From a virus, in IMG/VR virus record IMGVR_UViG_3300046779_001735, positions 64,001 to 128,000 of that record: 64,000 nt of DNA; one strand, 5' to 3'. The position numbers and the translations under genes are program-made. This document shows, piece after piece, positions 36,721 through 44,568 of the stretch. The notes beneath the pieces are model-generated. The model worked only from the letters and a program-made list of their open reading frames with translations. It was not told the origin of the DNA and made no database searches. Every line of letters starts with the position of its first letter. The stretch's first letter is position 1.

Positions 36721-37211
36721 CGCTAGAGCAAAAATTATTTGATATAGCTCAAAAAGAACTGACCCGTATTCAGTCTAATATTATCATGAAGTTCGCCCAA
36801 GGTTATAAAGCCTTTGGCACATTTGATATACAGCAACAAGACAATTTATTTTCAGTGTATCGTCAAGGTAATCACTGCGGTGATTTTTCCAGTGCAAAAG
36901 TGGCCCTGAGTTACTGCATTGCTGAAAAATCTCATCAATTTAATCTTGGAATAAAAATTCAGCAGCTAGACCAGCATGTAGCCAGTGCTCGTCAAAGCGT
37001 GATCAGCAGAAAAAACATGCTTGAGCGATTCCGAGATAAACCTGCAAAAGAAATAATATATACCAAAATTCAACACCGCAGACAACAACAACACGAACTT
37101 GAAAATCAACTTGAAGATTGTGTAAAACAGGCTAAATATTTGTATCTAAGAGGATTGAACAATGAAACTCAACGAATTAGCAGCGCAGCGCCCGCTAGAT
37201 CAAGTCGCTAA
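36717..37211 (+). CDS. Hypothetical protein
   Basis: Start revised to MTLEQK (ATGA overlap). Confidence 0.7.
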   Translation: MTLEQKLFDIAQKELTRIQSNIIMKFAQGYKAFGTFDIQQQDNLFSVYRQGNHCGDFSSAKVALSYCIAEKSHQFNLGIKIQQLDQHVASARQSVISRKNMLERFRDKPAKEIIYTKIQHRRQQQHELENQLEDCVKQAKYLYLRGLNNETQRISSAAPARSSR

Positions 37212-37839
37212 AGTATTTGAAAATTATTCCGGCACTGCTGCTAGATTTGACTCCCTAAATCGTGCACAGACTCGCCATATGCTGGCACGTGTGCGCACTG
37301 TGATCAACGAAACACGTCATAGTCCAAAACTGCATCAAAGCGAACGAGATCCTGGCTATCTCAAGCTTATGATGATAGAGCAAGGCCTAAATCTGCGCTT
37401 ACAAGAGCTACAAGAAAGCGAAGTACAACAAGCACAGGTTGTATTGGCAGCGCAGGATCTCGTGGACAGTGTGCAGAGTATGCTGGAAGATGTCAGTGAA
37501 ATGCAGTTCAAAGAACTTCCTGCTCTAGTAGACAGCATTCGTAATCAAGTAGGCACAGCACAAGCAGATCAATTCAACACTGATGCCACTGCGGCTCTAC
37601 AGGGCATGCTACAAAATCTACAGGGCGGCAAGCAGCAACTAGAAACCGCGCTGGCAGTTGTAACTGGCCAGGGTCCTGCTATGCCCGCGATACCCGGTGC
37701 AGACATGAGCGCTGCTCCAATGCCTGGTGCCGAACCTGGAGCTGACAACGTGATTGGCGTGGATGCTGAGGCCGATCTTGACCTTGACGTTGATGACGAC
37801 AGCGGCCCTGAACAAACACTGGGTCGTGCGAGACGCTGA
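37162..37839 (+). CDS. Putative prohead core/scaffold-like or internal protein
   Basis: TAAATA at 37133-38 and GAGGA RBS. MKLNEL, LQELQES and an acidic Pro/Gly tail ending LGRARR. Confidence 0.6.
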   Translation: MKLNELAAQRPLDQVAKVFENYSGTAARFDSLNRAQTRHMLARVRTVINETRHSPKLHQSERDPGYLKLMMIEQGLNLRLQELQESEVQQAQVVLAAQDLVDSVQSMLEDVSEMQFKELPALVDSIRNQVGTAQADQFNTDATAALQGMLQNLQGGKQQLETALAVVTGQGPAMPAIPGADMSAAPMPGAEPGADNVIGVDAEADLDLDVDDDSGPEQTLGRARR

Positions 37840-38169
37840 TGCTGATACAAGAAGTTGAAGGTATGGATAATGGAAAACTGGCAGCATTGGCCAGTTTTCT
37901 TATGAATCGTGCCAAGGATGCAAATGTTGATAAAACCTTTCCTCTTGATAGCTTCGTTAAATTAGGGTGTGGCCGTTGATCCAGAATCTGTGCGTGATCT
38001 CAGTCAACGCCCTCCACTGAACAACTTGATTTCTAATGTCACTGACAGTGAAGTTGTTTTCAAAGGAGCAGACGTTGCTCAAGCAGGTGTTCCACCCATG
38101 GGTGTAGATCAAGCACAGGCCACAGTAGATCGCATGGCCAAACGTGCAGCATCAAAAAAAGGCCTTTAG
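37839..38169 (+). pseudogene. Frameshifted late gene (46-codon ORF 37839-37979 continuing in the +1 frame to 38169)
   Basis: MLIQEVEG...SFVKL is coupled to the upstream stop (TGATG). The +1 frame opens at AAA TTA G GGT GTG and reads GVAVDPES...KKGL. Confidence 0.6.
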
Positions 38170-38207
38170 TCGGGGCCTGACTCAATCTTTGCAGGTATAA
38201 TACGGTT

Positions 38208-38618
38208 ATGGCTTATTCAGATCAAGTAGTTGATCATTACGAAAATCCACGCAACGTAGGTAAATTGGATAAAAACGATCCCACAGTGGGTACTGGTTTA
38301 GTAGGTGCTCCTGCCTGTGGGGATGTGCTGCAACTTCAAATCAAAGTAGAAAATGATATTATTACGGATGCGAAATTCAAGACCTACGGCTGCGGCTCGG
38401 CGATTGCGTCATCGTCGCTTGTTACGGAATGGCTTCGTGGGAAAACTCTTGAACAAGCAGGCGAAATTAAGAACACTGAAATTGCGCAAGAACTCGCGCT
38501 ACCACCTGTTAAAATACATTGCTCAATTCTTGCCGAGGATGCTATCAAAGCAGCACTAGCGGATTACACTAACAAGCAGAACGAATCTCAGCCAGTCGTA
38601 GACCTGACAGGATCTTGA
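38208..38618 (+). CDS. iscU: Fe-S cluster scaffold IscU
   Basis: DHYENPRNVG, APACGD, TYGCGSA and LPPVKIHCS. TATAAT lies 6 nt before the ATG. Confidence 0.95.
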   Translation: MAYSDQVVDHYENPRNVGKLDKNDPTVGTGLVGAPACGDVLQLQIKVENDIITDAKFKTYGCGSAIASSSLVTEWLRGKTLEQAGEIKNTEIAQELALPPVKIHCSILAEDAIKAALADYTNKQNESQPVVDLTGS

Positions 38619-39279
38619 TCCACATCCACCCTTCGTCAAACTCGTACCATTTCAATGAAAGCCTGGCACTAGCAGGTGATAAATGGTGATTATTATGCAG
38701 CTCTTCACCGCCAATAACAATACCCCAAGGAAGAATATTTCTAGATTGATCTCGTGTTGTTCCATTTTTATACCCCCACCAGTGTCCTAGACCGTTGATA
38801 ACTCCCGCTGCCCAAAATGGTATCCATAGCATTTGAATACCCCATACCAGTAATCCCCACCAACTAAAGAACGCTAGATCAATCAATAACATCACGATGA
38901 TGCCTAAACCGCTGTGTGGCGTATAAAGGTTGGCTTCTATCCAGTCGTTGGGTGTTCCTACACCATAATTGTCAATCATGGCAGTGTCTTTGCCCGCTTC
39001 AGCATACAACAATGCTCCACCAAACAGCACACGCCATATACCAAACACATGTGGGCTGTGCGGGTCTCCGGGCTGATCATCGTGTTGATGATGTTTACGG
39101 TGTATAGCTACCCATTGTTTAGTGACCATACCTGTGGTCAACCAAAGCCAAAAACGCATGAAATGAGCAATCACAGGGTGAAAAACAACAGCTCGATGAG
39201 CCTGGCTACGATGTAGATACATTGTAACCGAAAGAATGGTAATGTGTGTCATTACCAAAAGTGAGATTAGTTCTAGCAT
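38569..39279 (-). CDS. Membrane delta-9 fatty acid desaturase (DesA-like)
   Basis: His boxes HRSQAH, HRKHH and HNNHH, with TM segments. TAAATA at 39286-91, 6 nt before the ATG. Confidence 0.9.
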   Translation of the reverse strand: MLELISLLVMTHITILSVTMYLHRSQAHRAVVFHPVIAHFMRFWLWLTTGMVTKQWVAIHRKHHQHDDQPGDPHSPHVFGIWRVLFGGALLYAEAGKDTAMIDNYGVGTPNDWIEANLYTPHSGLGIIVMLLIDLAFFSWWGLLVWGIQMLWIPFWAAGVINGLGHWWGYKNGTTRDQSRNILPWGIVIGGEELHNNHHLSPASARLSLKWYEFDEGWMWIKILSGLRLAEIRSAC

Positions 39280-39359
39280 TGGTGATATTTAGCTTGAAAA
39301 AGCTAGCTAGGTATGTTATCATAAGTAGTTGTGTCTCACCTAACTTACTTTTACCTACT

Positions 39360-39494
39360 ATGATACTTGAAATTATGACCTGGGGTTTTTTCAGCGCCTG
39401 GGGCTGGTTTGGCGCCAACTATATTAAAGATCAAATCTGGCCTGAAAAACCTCCTATAGTTGTCCAAGAGCCCGAGCGGAAGGACAAACAGTAA
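39360..39494 (+). CDS. 44-aa membrane peptide
   Basis: Start revised to MILEIMTWGFFSAWGWFG, because the longer start would overlap the divergent desaturase. Confidence 0.55.
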   Translation: MILEIMTWGFFSAWGWFGANYIKDQIWPEKPPIVVQEPERKDKQ

Positions 39495-39498
39495 CATC

Positions 39499-40140
39499 AT
39501 GCCCAGCTGTATTGCGTTGTTTGCTCACCAACCAAGATGTTCAGTACAAAGCATAAACGGGGTAATGCGTGCCCTGGGCACCAATTACCGTTACAAAATA
39601 TTCACCCGTCATAACCTAGAGTCCGACTTTTTTGATGACGTGGATATGGTGTGTTTTCCCGGAGGCATCGGCGACAGCGACAGTTGGGACTGGTTAATGA
39701 GAGAGCATCGCACACGAGTACGTAATTTTGTTCGACGAGGCGGTGCTTACCTAGGAATCTGTATGGGTGCTTATTGGGCTGATTCAGACTACTTTGATAT
39801 CCTGGATGGTGTGCGAGTGCAGCAGTACATACGCAGGCCCGGCACTTGTACCCGTAGACCTCATGCCAAGCACATGCCTATAACCTGGCGCGGAAAACCG
39901 GATCATATGTATTTTTATGACGGTTGTAGCTATGCTGTGTCAAGCACGGTTGATGTGGTAGCACGTTACAGCAACGGCGATCCCATGGCAATCATGCAAG
40001 GCAGAATAGGTTTGATAGGTTGTCATCCTGAAGCCGAACATCATTGGTATCAGGACTACAGCTGGATGCGAAAGCGTTGGGCTGGCACACGATATCATTA
40101 CCTGCGTGAGTTTGTTGATGAACTAGGATCAAGAACATGA
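39499..40140 (+). CDS. Class I glutamine amidotransferase-like protein (BPL_N type), standalone
   Basis: FPGG, GGAYLGICMGAY (nucleophile elbow) and HPE. Confidence 0.75.
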   Translation: MPSCIALFAHQPRCSVQSINGVMRALGTNYRYKIFTRHNLESDFFDDVDMVCFPGGIGDSDSWDWLMREHRTRVRNFVRRGGAYLGICMGAYWADSDYFDILDGVRVQQYIRRPGTCTRRPHAKHMPITWRGKPDHMYFYDGCSYAVSSTVDVVARYSNGDPMAIMQGRIGLIGCHPEAEHHWYQDYSWMRKRWAGTRYHYLREFVDELGSRT

Positions 40141-40463
40141 TTAATTTAACTGAAACAGCAGCTAAAAAAGTACAACAGCAATTAACACGACGTGGCAAAG
40201 GTCATGGAATCATGATCGGCGTGCGTACCACAGGTTGCTCGGGGTTGGCGTATAAATTGGAATATGTAGACAGTCCGCCTGTTACTCGCGATTGGTTCAA
40301 GTATCAAAGCAACGGAGTTGACGTCTGGGTAAATGGCAAAGATTTACCCTATGTTGATGGTATGACCATGGACTGGCGCAGACAAGGTCTAAACGAAGGA
40401 TTTGATTTTATCAACCCACAAGAACGTGACCGCTGTGGTTGCGGAGAAAGTTTTAGAGTTTGA
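40137..40463 (+). CDS. iscA: A-type Fe-S carrier IscA
   Basis: GCSGLAY...GLNEGF.F.NP...CGCGESF. Confidence 0.93.
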   Translation: MINLTETAAKKVQQQLTRRGKGHGIMIGVRTTGCSGLAYKLEYVDSPPVTRDWFKYQSNGVDVWVNGKDLPYVDGMTMDWRRQGLNEGFDFINPQERDRCGCGESFRV

Positions 40464-41071
40464 ATAATAAAAGATGGCTTGTGAGCGGGCCACCTAGAAC
40501 TGGTGGACATTTATTGTTAGGTATAATACAAAGTGCAGGTGTGTTAGCTCTACATACTCACAATCCAAGATACAAAACTTGCAATGACCGACTAGCCACC
40601 TTGATCAAGCTACGCAGGCGAGATATTTTTGCAGCCTTGATGTCAAATTGTCTGGTATGGCACACAGGACAAAGCACAGATTATACCAAGCTTGACATAG
40701 AACCGTTTTCAGTACCACTCAGTCAGTTTGAATTTCATTACGCAGGGCATTTGTATCATCATGCAATTGATGTCAAGGAGGCAAGATTTGGCACTGTGGT
40801 TGATATGTATTTTGAAGATTTTGTCAACAACCACGACCATGCAATGAAATTGCTTGATCTAAAATTGAACGTACTTAAAACTCACAATCAATCAGTAAAA
40901 AAATTAGTGCAAAATAAATCTCCTTATAATTATCGTGACATTGTGTTGAACTACAAAGAGCTGCTGGAGTATTTCACCTGGATGCAATGCCAGGACATAA
41001 CTACGTTGAATCTTGTAAATCCGTTTGATCAGCCCATTGGGCGATCTCAAAAAAAACAAACTTTCTCTTGA
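40460..41071 (+). CDS. Sulfotransferase-like protein (Stf0-type motifs)
   Basis: PRTGG..L (5'-PSB), RRD...S (3'-PB), YFEDF and NY.EL. Confidence 0.55.
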   Translation: MNNKRWLVSGPPRTGGHLLLGIIQSAGVLALHTHNPRYKTCNDRLATLIKLRRRDIFAALMSNCLVWHTGQSTDYTKLDIEPFSVPLSQFEFHYAGHLYHHAIDVKEARFGTVVDMYFEDFVNNHDHAMKLLDLKLNVLKTHNQSVKKLVQNKSPYNYRDIVLNYKELLEYFTWMQCQDITTLNLVNPFDQPIGRSQKKQTFS

Positions 41072-41077
41072 ATCATA

Positions 41078-41779
41078 ATGAAAATCATTGTAGGCGACAG
41101 CTGGGGTGTAGGTGAGTGGGGTACCACACACGGCAATTACGCAATCACCGGTCCAGGATTTGCACAGTATCTCAGTCTTAGAGATCAGGTATGTAATCTA
41201 TCTGTAGGCGGCGCCAGCAATGCTGATTGTGTGGCACGCTTAGAAAGTTTCCTACAAAGATACCATTTAGCGCCATCTGATCAGGTGTTTTTTGTAGTCA
41301 CTGATCCCAAAAGACAACTGTTGCAACCGGCCTTGATATCCTGGGTACAAAATGTCACAGGCACCCTGCATGAACAAATTGCACACATGCTGCAGAATCA
41401 ATTACAGATTATTGATGATCTTGCAGCACACTACAAGATAAAAATAAATCTAATTGCTGGATTTATTGATCTTGTAGGTCTTGATTGGAATCAATATGCA
41501 AATCTCAATGTTTTCGTGGACAGTTGGATAAGGCTACATGTACCAACTTATCAGCCTAGTATTCTAAACAAGACTTGGTGGCCAGAGATAGGTGAGATCA
41601 TAAAGCATCATAGGCCTGACTTATTAGAGGAATGGATTGAGCTTGGCAATCAAATTAGCAAACGGTGGACTGCTATGAGCTCAAGTTTATTGTTTCAAGA
41701 ACAAAACATTACCACACGTACCGACGGCTTGCACCCCACACGGTATTCACATCAACAGCTGGCTTTGTTATTAGACTAA
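41078..41779 (+). CDS. SGNH-like hydrolase or acyltransferase
   Basis: VGDSWG, NLSVGGASN and DGLHP...H. Confidence 0.65.
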   Translation: MKIIVGDSWGVGEWGTTHGNYAITGPGFAQYLSLRDQVCNLSVGGASNADCVARLESFLQRYHLAPSDQVFFVVTDPKRQLLQPALISWVQNVTGTLHEQIAHMLQNQLQIIDDLAAHYKIKINLIAGFIDLVGLDWNQYANLNVFVDSWIRLHVPTYQPSILNKTWWPEIGEIIKHHRPDLLEEWIELGNQISKRWTAMSSSLLFQEQNITTRTDGLHPTRYSHQQLALLLD

Positions 41780-42498
41780 TGTATAATCCCAACAAGTATC
41801 AATACCAACCATTGAGTAGACACAGTGACGATGGCAAGCGTGTGTATCAAACTCCTGATGGCAGTCGAGTACCCAGTGTTACAACTGTGCTGGATCGTAC
41901 CAAACCTGAAGAAGCTCGACAAGCTCTACAAAATTGGCGCAATTGTGTAGGCCATCAACAGGCACAGCAGATCACGACCGAAGCTGCCAATCGTGGCACA
42001 AAGATGCATGCCTATCTTGAAAACTACATCAAGGCCGATATGCTGGTAGAAATCCCAGCTAATCCATTCAGCTGGGCAAGTCACGCCATGGCCCGGACTG
42101 TGATTGATCAAGGATTCACTGATCGGATCTCCGAAGTTTATGGTGTAGAAATTCCACTGTATTTCCCCCGACTCTACGCAGGAACCACAGACGGCATAGG
42201 CCTACACCTAGGCGAAGAAGCCATATTGGACTACAAGCAAACCAACAAACCCAAAAAGCGTGAGTGGATTGGGGATTATTTTCTACAGCTCACAGCCTAT
42301 GCCCTAGCACACAACGAAGTCTATGGTTCCAAAATCAATAAAGGCGTAGTTTTGATGTGTGTGAAGCCCGAGCAAGATTCTCAGCTTAATATCACAAAGC
42401 CTGCACAATATCAAGAATTCATACTAGAAGGGGCGGAATTTGATCATTATTGTAACGAGTGGTGGAAGAGGTTGGAGCTCTACTACTTGACCAGCTAA
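41779..42498 (+). CDS. PD-(D/E)XK exonuclease (Cas4/RecB-like fold)
   Basis: Start revised to MYNPNK. PSVTTVL, RGT..H, E, AGTTD, DYKQ and QLTAYA. Confidence 0.85.
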   Translation: MYNPNKYQYQPLSRHSDDGKRVYQTPDGSRVPSVTTVLDRTKPEEARQALQNWRNCVGHQQAQQITTEAANRGTKMHAYLENYIKADMLVEIPANPFSWASHAMARTVIDQGFTDRISEVYGVEIPLYFPRLYAGTTDGIGLHLGEEAILDYKQTNKPKKREWIGDYFLQLTAYALAHNEVYGSKINKGVVLMCVKPEQDSQLNITKPAQYQEFILEGAEFDHYCNEWWKRLELYYLTS

Positions 42499-42523
42499 AT
42501 ACAGTCATAACGGGTAAAAACAC

Positions 42524-44134
42524 ATGGCTATTGTACAGATTTCACGAATAACTCAACGCAAGGGTCTTGCTACAGATCTACCGCAGCTCAGCGGAGCCGA
42601 ACTTGGCTATGCTATAGACGAACGCAGGCTGTTTATTGGCAACGGTACTCTTGAGGAAGGGGCGCCGGTAATTGGTAATACTGAAATCCTCACTGAATTT
42701 TCAAACATTTTTGGTTTACAGGGCACCTATACCTATCAAGGCGAAGCTGGCGGATATGTAGTACAAACTGGACCAAGTGCAGGAGCACCGGTTTCTCAGA
42801 GCCTACAGGCCAGACTTGATAGTTTTGCTGTGGTAACTGACTTTGGCGCAGTGGGCGATGGTGTTACAGACGACACCGTGGCCATTCAAAGAGCTATGTT
42901 TCAGTTGTACTGCAGAAGCAGTGCTGTAAGTGCTCGCCGCGGTTTGTTTTTCCCTGCTGGTGTATATCTGATATCGGAAACCATTGTGGTTCCACCATTT
43001 GCCTATATCTATGGTGAAGGCCCTGCTAGCACCATAATTCGTATGGATTTGCAAAGTGACGTAAGCAGTCTCAATGCCTATGTGGTACGCACTGGAGACA
43101 GTTTATTACAGACCGGAGCGCAGATTGGTAACAATGGCGCTGTTAGACCACAGCAAATAACCATGGCCAACATGGGCTTTGACAGTTTGCAGGCCATTGA
43201 CATTGCCTTAGTTGACTGTGCCGAAGGAGTAAGTTTCCAAAACTGTGCGTTCACTGGGCCTATTACTAGAACCCTATTAAGTACTGGATTTCAAAACAAT
43301 ATATCAGGCATGACCTTTAACTCTGCTGGTAGTTTTGTAACCAATGATATTACTATACATGAATGCAGATTTTTTCAAACCACACATGGTATAAAGTGCA
43401 CCGATGCCACAGAAGCAGTTTCAGTGGACAGTTGCAACTTTAATACACTGTATGAAGGCATCTACCTAGATACCCTTAACCCAGGAGTGGGTGGCCCTCA
43501 GGGTTTCAAAATCACAAACAATAACTTTGATGTGGTTTTCCGCAGAGGCATCTTTATCTCTGATGACACCTCAATGTGCGGATCAGTGCACAATAGTTTT
43601 TTTGACGTAGCAACAAGTTTTTCAGGTACACCCACTGATCCTGTCATCAGTTTCAACGCTGTGACCAATTGTAGTCTAGGTGATCTATTTGAGCGAACCA
43701 CGGTAGCCGTACAAGCCACTGGATTTCCAAGAATACAAAACAACAATCTTGCGATAGTTTCTATTGACAATGGCCAGGTGCTGAGCCTGGGTAACTATCA
43801 ACTAGAAGCCGCAGTTGTTACCAGTATCCAGGACAATCAAACCAATACCACATTGTTTACCACGGCCTCTGGAGCCAGTGGCAGTGCAATCACAGGCCAA
43901 TTCAAGGCATTCAATGTGAACTATACTTTCAAACGTGGAACTGCGTACAGAACGGGTGTGCTCACCGTGGTGAGTGATCCTTCAATTACCTATAGCGAAG
44001 ATTACACCGAAAACGCCGCAACTGGCTTGACTTTTTCAGCAGTACAGGCTGGCAGCACTGTTACAGTGCGATATTCTACCACAAGCACAGGCACAGGTGG
44101 TAGCTTGACATACAATATTGAACATTTGGCTTGA
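42524..44134 (+). CDS. Tail-associated protein with a pectate-lyase-like beta-helix (tailspike-like)
   Basis: TAAATA at 42496-501. N-terminal ELGYAIDERRLFIGNG and VTDFGAVGDGVTDDT...FFPAGVY. Confidence 0.8.
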   Translation: MAIVQISRITQRKGLATDLPQLSGAELGYAIDERRLFIGNGTLEEGAPVIGNTEILTEFSNIFGLQGTYTYQGEAGGYVVQTGPSAGAPVSQSLQARLDSFAVVTDFGAVGDGVTDDTVAIQRAMFQLYCRSSAVSARRGLFFPAGVYLISETIVVPPFAYIYGEGPASTIIRMDLQSDVSSLNAYVVRTGDSLLQTGAQIGNNGAVRPQQITMANMGFDSLQAIDIALVDCAEGVSFQNCAFTGPITRTLLSTGFQNNISGMTFNSAGSFVTNDITIHECRFFQTTHGIKCTDATEAVSVDSCNFNTLYEGIYLDTLNPGVGGPQGFKITNNNFDVVFRRGIFISDDTSMCGSVHNSFFDVATSFSGTPTDPVISFNAVTNCSLGDLFERTTVAVQATGFPRIQNNNLAIVSIDNGQVLSLGNYQLEAAVVTSIQDNQTNTTLFTTASGASGSAITGQFKAFNVNYTFKRGTAYRTGVLTVVSDPSITYSEDYTENAATGLTFSAVQAGSTVTVRYSTTSTGTGGSLTYNIEHLA

Positions 44135-44565
44135 AGCAAACAGACGTTTTTGAATCTAGGTTGCAGTCTTGGGCAGATCTTCGCACAAGACTGCGGCAAG
44201 ACAGCATCTCCACTGCATTACAATCTCTTAACTCATGGTGGTTTGAAATTGCCTGGTGCCCGTATCTATTGCACTGGGATGACCAATCTTCTTGGCCTGA
44301 TCCTTGGGAACTCTTAGAACAACAGGCACTATGTGATGTTGCTCGTGGACTGGGAATCATGTATACTATAGCGATGTTAGATCGCGAAGATCTAGGTGAT
44401 TTTGTGTTGTTTGAGGAAACAGAACACAATTTAGTCCTAGTGCGCAGTGAAAAATATATATTGAATTATTCATCAAATGACATCTTAAATACCAGCCTTG
44501 AAATTGGTAAAACAAAAAAACGCCGTAGTCAAACACTGGCGGACATTAAAACTCGAATAAAGTAA
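44131..44565 (+). CDS. Hypothetical protein
   Basis: Coupled ORF containing WPDPWELL...C. Confidence 0.7.
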   Translation: MKQTDVFESRLQSWADLRTRLRQDSISTALQSLNSWWFEIAWCPYLLHWDDQSSWPDPWELLEQQALCDVARGLGIMYTIAMLDREDLGDFVLFEETEHNLVLVRSEKYILNYSSNDILNTSLEIGKTKKRRSQTLADIKTRIK

Positions 44566-44568
44566 AAC

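Noticed and set aside
41779-42498. Cas4-like nuclease as a sign of a CRISPR-Cas system
   Set aside because: No repeat-spacer array or other cas gene was seen. Stand-alone PD-(D/E)XK exonucleases are common in T4-like phages.
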